A stretch of 62,737 nt of DNA, counting the filler, from Globobulimina sp. (lineage: Eukaryota): the NCBI GenBank assembly GCA_003354225.1. It is 7 parts of 7 records of this genome, joined end to end, with 100 filler letters (N's around TTAATTAATTAA, not from the genome) between each part and the next. Parts side by side here need not be neighbours in the genome. Positions count along the whole stretch, not along the records: positions 9,107 to 18,081 come from PIVH01000055.1; positions 18,182 to 27,113 come from PIVH01000056.1; 5 more parts are not named here. One strand, written 5' to 3'. Shown in pieces: positions 9,107-21,300 of this stretch. A program made the position numbers and the translations under genes. Numbering within the stretch: the stretch's first letter is position 1; the number at the start of each line of letters is the position of its first letter. The notes beneath the pieces are model-generated. The model did not search any database, was not told the origin of the DNA, and was given only the letters and a program-made list of their open reading frames with translations.

Positions 9107-12100
9107 GGGGACCGAGGAAGGCGAGTCGTTTGAGGGCATATTTTTTTATCAGGATGAAGAGGACGAGTTTGTGGATAAATATATGAAAGCATACGAGAGC
9201 CGCACTAAGGTGCATTTCGCAGAGTATCTGGAGTCCAGTGTGTCTGCGACGAGTTTCATGGAGGATTTATTTCTCGTTTTGGGCAGCAATTGGCATAAAA
9301 GTAAGGTCTTGATCGAGTTGTTGGAGAAATTGATTCAAGATTTCGAGGATTTGGATTTGATTTTGGATGAAGATGAGAGCGAATTGGAGTTGGGCGCCGA
9401 TGTGGAGGCCGCCACTGCGAAGGTGGTGTGTTACATTGTCGAGTTTAATAAACATAATTGGATCGATATTAAAGTATTGGGACGCTTCGTAGCTGCGTTG
9501 TTCAATGCATTTAAGATACTGCACGAACAGGGCCATGATGACTGTTTGCAATTAACTCAGAAGACGTTGGTGTTTATGTTGGATTCGCTGTTGTACGAAT
9601 ATACGAAGGATGCAGCGTCGCGGAAGCGGTATAAAGACGATTGGAGCTCGCATGCGACCTTAAAATTATTGATTGAAAGCTGTATGAAGATGCTATCCGT
9701 GACCTACCCGCAGAAACACAATGGCAGGTTTTGGCGAATGCAGTGGGAGTTACATAAGGTGTTTCGCAGTCGAATGATGAAATGCGATGCTGATATCGAC
9801 ACTATATTACACGTGGAGAATGTCAACGATTTACCCACGTTCAGATGGAGCCTATTCGCGAATTATTGGCAGGTTTGTTTGGAGGGATTGAGGTTCGCGG
9901 TGGCGAAGAATGAGAAGGAGTTTATGTGGAATGCAGACGATACGGCCATGGGTATGGACGAGGACAAGGACGATGACAAAGAGGATGAGAAGATGTTGGA
10001 ATTGGAGGTGGAGACTGCAAAGGAGAGGAAGGGGCACAAAGAGAGAGTGATATCGCTGTTTAAAAGCGACGAAGAGCGGGAGATATGGCGGTTGGAGTTG
10101 GCGGTGTGGTGCGTTGACATGGCATGCCAATGGATTTGGGGCGGGGACTGGCTAGAAATCGCACAGAGCCCCGTTGCGTTATTGATACAAAGCAGCGTGG
10201 ACTGGAAGGGATTTATGATCATTCCCACTCAGACCGTTTTTAGTACGCTCAGCAAACCGCTGCTACGCTTTCGATGGAACGAATGTGAGATTATTCAGGG
10301 TGTCTTCAAAGAGATGTTGCGTTCATTGAAGATTATCCGCGAGAAAGATATTGAAGGTTTGCGGGTGTTTGAGAAGGAGCATCCGACGGTGGTTATATTT
10401 GAGAAATTGATCACGAAGTACCACACGAACCGGTCGCGGAATATTAAAATGCGGAAAGATTTCAGTAAGTTTTGGTTTGACATCGATTTGCTGAACGAGT
10501 ATATGAATGTGATTATGCATTCGAGACAGATTAAACTCGTATTATGGCGGTGGTGGGCACACAATTCGACGAATAAAATTGTGAAGCAAAATGGTAGGAA
10601 AACAGTGACAAAATATGTCAAATCTGTACGTAAAAGAACCGCTGCGATTGCCACGTTATTAAAGACTACGAAATCTGCCATTTATTTGCGTTTTGTATGG
10701 CGGCATTTGTTGCAGTACGATCAAAACAAATTAACTACGTTTTTAGAGAGTGGCTCGTGTTTTCGTGGGGTATTTTATCTGCGACCCGATGATCGGAAAT
10801 ATACTCGAAAGCAACAAAGAGATCGAGCGGCGAGAAAAAAACAGCAAGAAGCGCGATACGCGGAGGCGGAGACCAAAACGGATCGAGTGTTGGGTGTAAG
10901 CGGTGCATTGAAAAAAGCAGAGATCGACACTCGCACTCAACGCCGTGGCGGTGGTAAGGAAGCAACGCGCCGCGTACTATCCACACAAGCGGCGAAACGA
11001 AAGGAAGCGCCCAAAGTAGAGCAGGAATTGAGTGCTATGGAGCAAGTTAAGCAAGAATTTGAAGAGCAGCAACGTTTTGAAACTGCATTCGAAGACTGGC
11101 AGCAAGAAAATGTAAACAACGAAAATGGGAATATCGACTTCGACCATCGCGATATTTGGTGCTTTGAAGGCTGCTACCAATTAAATCGATTATTACCAGG
11201 CCAATTGGACGAAATTGGCAAACGCCACATCGCTGCGGCTATGAATACAAACCGTGGCATGCCCGAACGCGTAAAATCCATCATTCGCTGGACGTTGTTG
11301 CCCAATACGACGTATTGTGACATCGTGGAGTTTTTCAATGAACACGAATCGGATAAGTTGCCTATAAACTTATTAGAAGCGTTGATGAAAGGCGTGATGG
11401 AAAATGACGAGGTCTTGGCTCCGATGCACTATTTGTTGCAACCAAAGTTCTTATCCTCTCAACAAGCGCGAATCGCGGCGTTTGCGATCCAAAAATGTGT
11501 GCCGCATATCCCACGGAGACAATATACCAATTTGCTCCGTGCGGTGTTGTCCGGTAAACGCAGGAATGCGTTGAAAGTGACAGCGTATAAACAAATCATT
11601 CGAATGCTAATCCAACGGCCATCGCGTACCCACATTCGAATGGTTGTACATGAATGGGATCGCGACGAAGTGCATCGCGATGTACGTATCGTAATATTGC
11701 AAGCGGCGTTTGACTTCATTAGACGCGCCAAACCCATCTCGTTCGGCAGCGATGCCGCATGGCATATCTTTGAGACTGCGGTGACGCATCCTTTTATTCG
11801 TAAGAATATCGAGATAATGACGGCTTTGATGGGCTGTACCATAGAAGGCCAGGAACGGATTGATTCGTGGTATACCGGCTTGGTGTTAAAGCCGCGGTTA
11901 TTGGATCATTTGCAGTGCTTCAAAGAGACGCCGATCCCCAAAAAGCATGCGGCGCGGTGGGCGAAAATCATTGTGGTGCTTTGCGACCGCGTCTACACCG
12001 AATATGTGGAGAAAAAGGAGGAAGGCGCTGAGGACACTGATGTTAAAATGGACGATGATGTCGATGTGGATATGGATGTGGATGGCGATGCGACACAGGA

Positions 12101-15100
12101 AACAAAACAGGAAACCAAAGAAGAGACAAAAATGGAGGTGGAAGAGGCCAAAGAGGCCACAGTTGATGACGGCAGTGGGCCGTATCTAATAAATGAGGGT
12201 AAGCCGCGCTGTTTGGACGATATCGCGTATATCGCCATGCGTTCGTTGGAAATGTGGGTCAAATACAACGACAGCATCGTGCGCGATGCGTTGCGTGTTG
12301 TGGGCGAAACCATTGCTGATTTCAATGTCGATTTCATAGCGCATGACAATGAGGACATCCATAAAGTGAATTGGAAGCGGTTCGAAATGGCGTGCGATAT
12401 TTTGAAAAAAACGTTGAAATTCACGCAAACTAACATCCGCAGCAAATTCTTGCCGGTGATTACGGACATTGTGGGCCGCTTTGATGCGATCATTAATGCC
12501 TCGTTGGAGAAGTTTGTGGATGTTTATAAGTATGGCGATGCGTCGACGTTCAATGTAAGTGATAAGTATGCGCAGTCCCGCGATTATATAGGTCGCGTCT
12601 ATAAGAGATTGGGTAAGTTTTTCGAGGCTATGGGCACTTTCAATCGCGTTCCTATCGAATACTATAAAACGATCATCTCGCCGTTGGATAGCGGTTCCTC
12701 GCGAGGGATGTATACGGATATTGTGATGAAGAAACGATGGGAGATGTTAAGCAATACAGATACACGAAATGACAGCAAATATGTCGATTTGGGTATCGAT
12801 TATATCCAAGATTTGATATATTACGGCTGTTTGGATGCGAATTTTGCAAATAACGAAGTGATGAAAAATTGCCAGAATATATTACAAACGTTGGATTACA
12901 GCAAGAAAGCAAAAGTATTACGCTGTTTAATGCGCAATTTCCCGGAACGACATAGCGAATTATACCTCCCTCAGATATTAAAAAGTGAACAATATGGCCA
13001 TTTGCGACATTGTATGATCAATTACGTGATTGATAAGCGGTTAATTGGCGGCGAAGTCGTACGGTTAGTGGATGGTGCATTTATTTCTTATTTCAAATCG
13101 AGAATCAAACACTTAGTGGATAGCATTAATGGACCCGGCACAGACTCGTTGTGGAGGGAAACTAGTTTGACATATTCGAGCATCGAAAAGGAGATATCGC
13201 GGTGGTTATCATTTGCTGTTTCAATGTTTGGTATACAGCACAATCATAAACAAAACGCGACGTTGTATTATCACAAGGTGGCGCGGCAATTTTTTGATTT
13301 AATCTGTAAGCGGGCCAATGTTGTGGTGGACTATGATGGCAAGCGGCAGAATGACTGTTCTATTGAGGATTGGATATATTTGAAATTATTCAATAAAATG
13401 TGCGCCAGTCACATGAATATATTGGTTGTGCTGTATGGACAGAATTTGATTTCGCTGATTAAAATGCCGATATTCTTGGCAGAGAAGAGATTCATTCGCG
13501 ACAAACCCAATCCGTTTGTGAATCAGTTGACAGTGTCGCAGGTTTTGGACAAAATGTGGCCTTATTTGACTGCGTCGTATTTTTACAGTGATTGGGATGC
13601 CAAACGAGATCAGATTATATCTAAAATATTTTCGTGGCTATTGCATCCACAGAAAGAGTCTCAACGCAAAGTCAAAAGATTCCGCAAAAATGTGCTGTTG
13701 ACTGCGATTAAATGTTTTAAGGACCACAAATATCAAGGAAAAGCGTGGGAGATTTGCAAAACTAAATTGGTGCAAGTTTGGGATATGATCGTTTTGGAGA
13801 AATGCACGATTTATGATGGCGCTGACGATGAAAAAGAAAAAATGGAAACCGACCCTGTTTTGTTAGGCAATGAAGCCGTTGAAATGTACCTCATTTTGCG
13901 CGGAATGTATAGTTTTGCAGATAAGCACAGCCATTTTCGACCATTATTCAATGAGATATTAAGCAGAGCGATCAACGAAGACAATAAGACCTTAAACAGG
14001 CAATTTAACCAACGCGTATTTTTGGAGTTAGTGACAAAGCTGTCAATGGGCACAATATTTGTGTTACATAATAAGTTACAAAAAGTATTTGATTTATCCA
14101 TCCAATTTACATGCAATCCACCCGCCGATGGCAGAGGCGGTCTCAGTTGGAGCGATATATCGACTTTGATTTATAACATTTGTTGCGAATTATCGCCCAA
14201 ATGGAGCACGCACAAAATATTAAACCAAAAAGCAAGAGTATTAATTGAAGGATTATTCAAAGCATTTAACACTGCAAAGTTAACCAAACAGGCGGCAATA
14301 ACCAAGAAAGCCAAAGTTTATCGAAATGTGTGCATTTATTTGTTATGTCGTCGAGCAAATTTAGTGCAATATGCATTGTCAAATAAATTGGCCGCAACGT
14401 TGAAATATTTGATTGATTTATGGTCTGTGCATAATAAATTAATAAAGAAGAATCCGGAGAACATATGTTTTGATCGCAGTGCGTACAGCGGCGGTTATGG
14501 CATAACTGAGATATTAAAGTCTCACATCAAGTCATTGAATACCAAATTGTACACATCGCGGAGTGTGGAACCCGTTTCTGGCGCTTTAATCTGCCAAATC
14601 TATAAAACCGCCATCAACAAAAAACACAAAAACAATGCGATTTGTGGCGATATATTGTATGATTTTATGAATTCGATCGCCAATTTATTAACACAGGCAA
14701 TATTTTCGCCGGATTTGGTGAATATGGTCTCGTGGTCCATTGATTATGCAACCGATACAAACAAAAACATAGCGAATATCAGCAATTTTATTGGCAAATC
14801 CTCGCAATATTTATCGCCGACATTTGATATTCAACGCGGAATGCATCGGATTGCAGGCAAATACTATAAATTATTAGTTACAGATTACTGCAATTTCGAG
14901 GCCAAAGCCGGTGTTTATAAAACAAAGAGAGTGTCGTCGACAATCAGTGAGTTATTGAAGAGCATAATCAATAGTTCAAAGCAGCTAAAATGGCTAATCA
15001 CGGCCTCCGGGCAGGAGTCTATGAATTTAATTTTCGCCTTGACACTGCAGTGCGCACTCAACAATTTGTCACCCGATGTCGCTTCGGCTTTGATTTTGAA

Positions 15101-16025
15101 ATATATTCAAGGAATACAGTCCGAGTCAAGCAATTTAAGCCGCAAATATTGGAAACGTATAAATATTGACAATTATTCGAAAAGTAAAGCAATTCACATT
15201 TATGATGACGATGCAAAGGGAAATACTCAAACTAGAAAGAAAACGAAATTATCCGTGGCTGAAATGTATACAAAAGGCAGTTATTTGCAATCCGAAACGT
15301 TACAGATTATTCATAAAATATTTCAAAAGGAACTAATTTGTCCGCTGCCATTGGACGAGACTCAAAATGCGATCTGGAATGATTATATGAGCAGCAATTT
15401 GATGCCCACAATAATGCGTAATTATGGCCGTTATTTGTTGCGAAAAGAAAATATTTCTGTGAGCAATACGTTTATTATCTCATTAATCAGCTATTTATCA
15501 CAGACACCATTGCGATATAAAGGGGCGCTAAAACTGAATTTAATCAATTATTTTTTAAAGGATTTGGAATCAGCGGAGGACGACGGCAAACCACAGGATA
15601 TTTTAAAATGGGTTCAGTGGATGTTAGCGTATAGGAAAGAAATGAACAAATCGTCGCGAGATATTCTTACTCGGTTAGCATTGTCGTTGGTTGTGCATTT
15701 TGGACATGAATCATGTAAAAAAGCCAAAAGAATCCAACATGAAATGATGAAAATTAATGAAATTAAAACGATTGGCGATGAGGAGAGTAATGATGATGTC
15801 GCTGATGATGATGATAAAAAAAGTGATGCGACGTTTGAATCAGAATCGGATGACGTAATCACATGGCAACCACAATGGGTCGAGTTATTAAATGAATTTG
15901 GCAATGATGAAAATGCAGTGATTCGGATGACAACGCGACAAATTAAGACTGTGTTTGTTGACTGGGAACAACATAAAACTGCACAAGGTTCGTGGGTTCA
16001 AAATATTGTTGAGAATAAGACATAA
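9107..16025 (+). CDS. Very large (>2280 aa) predominantly alpha-helical (solenoid-like) hypothetical protein, 5' partial, intronless
   Basis: Uninterrupted ORF from the contig edge. Helical amphipathic composition with acidic linkers. Conserved-looking block KVTAYKQIIRML...WDRDEVHRDVRIVILQAA. Confidence 0.85.
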
Positions 16026-16155
16026 CTCATATTGTAAACTAATAATACATACATAATAATTAACACTCTTATTATTATAGCTTAAGCTTTTATATACCGT
16101 CAGATATTAAAATACAAATTTAACTGTTTCTATATAAATATATACAAATATATAA

Positions 16156-16420
16156 TTAATACAAACACACACAAACTAGAATGATGTTAAGATTGATTTT
16201 GAATCCATTTGGCATATTCGCGAGAAGACCAAGAAGTGTAGTAACTTTTGAGTCTTTTGTTTTTGTAAATTGATATTTTCTCAAAAATTCGATTGCCACA
16301 ATCTTTGCTTCCATCATTGCAATATGTTTTCCCAAACAATACCGTGGTTTCACATTAAATATAGGGAATATATGCGGTGGATAAGAGCATCCTCTTTGAA
16401 GTGCATCCTCTCCCCAAGTG
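16156..16420 (-). pseudogene. Cytochrome P450 C-terminal remnant
   Basis: WGEDA..FPIFNVKPRYCLGKHIAMMEAK (heme-Cys motif). The PERF motif is absent and there is no upstream P450 sequence. Confidence 0.75.
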
Positions 16421-16480
16421 CGTTTTAAGGCGAATTTAGGACAAGTTTTTAAAAAAAACAGTACTTATCGGAAACCCCTA

Positions 16481-18081
16481 ATGGGCATGGACAATGGCAC
16501 TTTGACCCTGTTACTTTTGATACTGTCATTGATAAGCACTAGCTCTTCGTTGAGTCGATTAGTTCACGTTACCAAAACAGGGAATGATGTGCCTGGATGT
16601 GGAACATCTCTCGAAACAGCCTGTGGCACACTTTACTATGCATCGTTGATTGGCGAGTCTTATGATAGATTTAATCTATCGATACTTATCCACGGACAAA
16701 ATGAAGCAGAAATAAATAAATATCTCAATACGAATAAATCTTCCATATATCATCCCTGTTTACCAGTACCTTGGCAATTACAATATATTGAATATGATAT
16801 CGATGTGGTGACAATGAATATTACATTTGATCCTTTATATATATCACATTTGAATGATTGGTTCATGAAAGGAGTATGTTATGACAATAACAAAACAATT
16901 CAATACATTAATACAAATTTATTTCATTTGGTATTCCCAGATGGTTCATACTTGAGAGCGCCTGTAATTATGAACATTAATAATCTACGAATTGATGATA
17001 TCGATTTTAATACAGACAATATTCCATTTGGTATATTTTATATCAGTGACAGTTCAGAGCACTCTGATCCTTTTGTAATATCGTGTAATCACTGTATTTT
17101 TAACAACATTAACTTTACTCTCAACATCCCGATGATATATATATTTTCATATGGATCTCCTATGCTTTTTACTTTGACCAATTGCAGGTTTACCAATATA
17201 TACTTAACATCGTATTTAATACAAGTGGGTGTCGAATATGATCAGTTATTAAACATTTCTATTTACAACACATCATTCATTGACTGTACATCGCAGCAAT
17301 CATTGATTCAAATTTCATCCAATATATATCAAATCCATCCATTGTATACGTATTCATCAGAAATGCTTATTTTAGATTCTCTGTTCATTAATATTCAAAC
17401 AAAATATTCCATCATTACCAATGACATTTTATTCAAAATTAACATTTCTGACACTATTTTCGAGAACGTGATGAATGGTTTTATTATTCGATCAATCACC
17501 TCTTTGTTTGCGCCATTCCAAACACTGCTAATTAATATGAATAATATTTTCGTTTCAACCTCACAATTACACAAAGAAAATCCATATGGAATTTTTATCT
17601 TTAACAGCAATACCAATGTTACCATCACTAATCTCAATGTAATGCTTTATTATGATATGTCTGTTAATTGTTATGATTATACTTGTAAGCATCCAGTATC
17701 ATTTATGTATAATGAGGGATTTGTTAGAATCAATGGCGACAATTCATTTAATTCTAACATCACTGAACTTAATAAATCTGACACTAATTTGGTTTATGAA
17801 GATGTATACAGAGACGATTTTGTACCAGCGTTTGTGATTAATTATGGTGTATTGGATGTGCATAACCTGATAATTAATCCCATTGCGCTCGGAATCTGTA
17901 TATTTTACTCAATTGCAAATGATGGTAGTTTGAATCTGCAGAATGTAACTATATTTACACACAAATTCAAAAAATATATGCTTTTGCCATCGTATATTAT
18001 ATTTACTCTTTCCGGATCCTTATATATTGATAATTGCATAATAATTGGTATGATCATTCTTTACTATTCAGATGAAGTGCA
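16481..18081 (+). CDS. Secreted/surface protein with parallel beta-helix-like Asn/Ile-rich repeats (3' partial)
   Basis: Signal peptide TLTLLLLILSLISTSSS; VHVTKTGNDVPGCGTSLETACGTLYYA; repeated xNCxFxN / ISIxNTSF patterns. Confidence 0.7.
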
Positions 18082-18181
18082 NNNNNNNNNNNNNNNNNNN
18101 NNNNNNNNNNNNNNNNNNNNNNNNNTTAATTAATTAANNNNNNNNNNNNNNNNNNNNNNNNNNNNNNNNNNNNNNNNNNNN
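18082..18181. other. Artificial contig spacer
   Basis: N44-TTAATTAATTAA-N44. Confidence 0.99.
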
Positions 18182-18372
18182 GCTACATTGACATGACATT
18201 TTGTTCAAAATGTCATGCGTCAACTCATAATCCGCTTAAATTAGGTCCGATTATAACAATCAAATTGGCAACACTTAGAAACACAACATGCACAAACAAA
18301 ACAAACATCAATAATCAATACCTAAGAGAGTGCCCTGCGCTCTGCCATTGCTTTTTGAATGACTGTGAATAA
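18182..18372 (+). CDS. Probable C-terminus of retrotransposon ORF1 with zinc-knuckle-like motif
   Basis: Frame from 18184 reads YIDMTFCSKCHASTHN...CPALCHCFLNDCE* (CX2CX4H) and overlaps the ORF2 ATG by 14 nt. Confidence 0.45.
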
Positions 18373-21300
18373 TGAATTTTGTACGGGATTCATGGTCAGC
18401 ACAGTACACACACAACACACAAACAAGTTATATGAATATATTGAAAAGCACCAGCATTCAATACGTGGTTATTTCAAACACGTCAAAATAATCATGAACA
18501 AATCCATGAGATGGATAACACTGCGTATGCCCACACACCGCTATAATCCCATAAAATACCACATAAAACACACGTTCCTCCAGTCCATTCCCCTACGGTT
18601 CAAAACAATCCCCTTCTCTGATCCCACAGTAGAAGAGGACCAAGGCACACAGTTACACGCATATAACAACGACCCTGCAGTCATAGCGGACGTATACAAC
18701 TTTGTAAACAGAAATGATTATGCGGACGACACACCGACCATACAACAGTCTGTACGTCAGGATAAGTACCACATCCGCTGGAATGTCCCAATTGACAAAG
18801 ATTACAAACAAGTGATCTCACACTGGCAGACCACCCAACACTCCAACTGCCTGAACTTCCACACAGTAAACAGATCCAGCTACATAAACAACATCAAAAA
18901 TAACGCGATTCTGGCACTCAACCAAGTCTTCAAACACTCCATAAATCAATATAAAACGAACCGCGATGAACTACAGAATCACAAAAACTACATAGTCCAT
19001 AAAATAATAAGTTCACATTTGAATAATGAACATTTCAAAAGCAAGGATATCCCCAACATAATACAGAAATTCCCATTCTTACAATACTACTCACCGCGCC
19101 TTGAACCAATAACTGCAACAAAAATAGCGTTTAAAAACCTAACAATCGGCTTCCTGAATATAAATGGAGCGGCAAAGTATAAGTCGCAGCTGATACACCC
19201 TTACATGCAACAGCTGGTCGTCCACCACAAATTAGATCTAATATGTATGATAGACACCAGATGCACCAAACGCCCAACCTGGCCACTCACAGGATATCGA
19301 TTAGTTGCACACAAACCGCCAATGAGGGCGAATAACAGAAGCAAAATCGGAGGCATTTTAATATACAAAAAAAGAGGATTGAAAAACAAAATACATTACG
19401 TACACAAAACCAGGGGCCATAACACCATATGGCTGTCGATAAAATTCGAGAATCAGCCAAAACCAACATACATTTCAGTCAATTACGCGCGAACATATAA
19501 GGCGGAGAAATCCCAACGCAGCCAGCAGTTCTACGACTCCCTCACAGCGGATATACAACGGTTTAAAGACCAGTGCCATAATATGTTCGTAATAGGCGAC
19601 TTCAATGCTAGAATGGGTCACGAGACCACGGACCGCAACAAAAACGCGCACTACCACCATATGAAATCACTGCTAATGCATACCAAACTCCGTATTGCGA
19701 ACCCGATATTTGCGCCATACTTCCTAACCTATCTCACGAAAGATGCGGCACATACCGGTGGTTCGATAATTGATTATGTCATGACAGATAAATTGCACAC
19801 AATAGATGCCCTAAAAGTTGACACGCATCCCATCTTTTCAGACCATAGACCAGTGATATTTGCACTGAAAAACGCGAAGTGCAAAGTCTCATATGCAGAC
19901 CAACATTTTGTGCTGCGAAGCTTTACACCAAACAAAAAATTAACAACAGTACACCACAAAATAATCTCCGACAGACTCCCACACATAGACAAATTCGCCA
20001 AAAAGGCCACATTATTCACCAACTTGAATGACAGACGATTCATAACAAATATTGTATCCCTTTGCACAATGTACACATTGCACATGGCCACCATAAAAGC
20101 ATTTGGAGTATCAGACTTTGAATCTATCAGTAAATGGGCTGACTCCTCCATTGACAGAATCAACCTAAACATCAAACAACGAGGCCTGAATAACACCAAT
20201 GATGAATATAGTGCTGGCACAGAAATCCTCTCCCAAACAAATGCTGTATACCAATCTGAAAAAGTAAACAATTTGCGCAGAAACACAGTGCGTTTCGGCA
20301 ACCTCGGGCATAGCCAGAAACTGCGCACATTCAAACGAATGAATCAAAACCTCTCATATGTTGAGGATGAAGCCTTCCTAAACTATAACGGGTCCATTGT
20401 CCCCAAAGATAAGGCATTATCCAACTTCTTTGCAAAAATAAGCGGACCGATAGCACCGCCTAATTCCAATGAGCTAAACCATAACATTGAACAATTTAAC
20501 ATAAATTTGCATAATTTTGCACCAAACACAATCCAATTCATCCCAAATAAACCAGACCCAGACAACCCAGACACCACTCCCCCTCCGCTTGAATTAATAA
20601 ATGATCAACCTGAACAATGGAGGAACCCGCACGAAATCACAGAAATATCACATTTTGAACCAAGTTTCAATGAGCAAAATGATGTAGAAATGAATGAAAT
20701 GATTCAGATTGAACATGATATTGACGCCAGCGATGATGATGATGTGTTAATTGATATGCACATAACTCCGGGCAACATGACTACAAATATGAGCGCACAC
20801 TCCAATGAGACCATGAACAGCGACACCGAAACTGACAAATACTTGAAATTCTCCTCCGTAGAAATGGCGATGCAATTTGCAAATGCAAACTCGGCGCCTG
20901 GCTATGATGGAATAAAAACAGCCCACCTAAAGTTAAACGGTCGCATCACCAATAAACTGCTGTGTATAATGTACAATGTATGGAATCAAACGTATATCAT
21001 ACCATTCTACTCCCGATTAGGATCAGTCATATCGATCCTTAAAACACCAAATGGCGACACACCGAATCAGTACAGACCGATCTTTAAGACCTATGAACGA
21101 CTAATTTTATGGAAAATGAACATTGAACACGGATTCCGCAAAAATCTGCACATCTTACAAGGAGGAAACCGAGCGAAGAGAGGAGTGCCAGAACAGATAG
21201 GAGCATTAAACCTGATCTCAGAAACAGCAAAGCGACATAACAAACCTCTTTACTGTGCCTCTCTAGACATACGCAAAGCCTTTGACACCGTTTGGCGTAA

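Noticed and set aside
9267-15904. Numerous antisense and alternate-frame short ORFs in the track (also within ProRS and both retrotransposons)
   Set aside because: Shadow ORFs of long coding regions with no motifs of their own.
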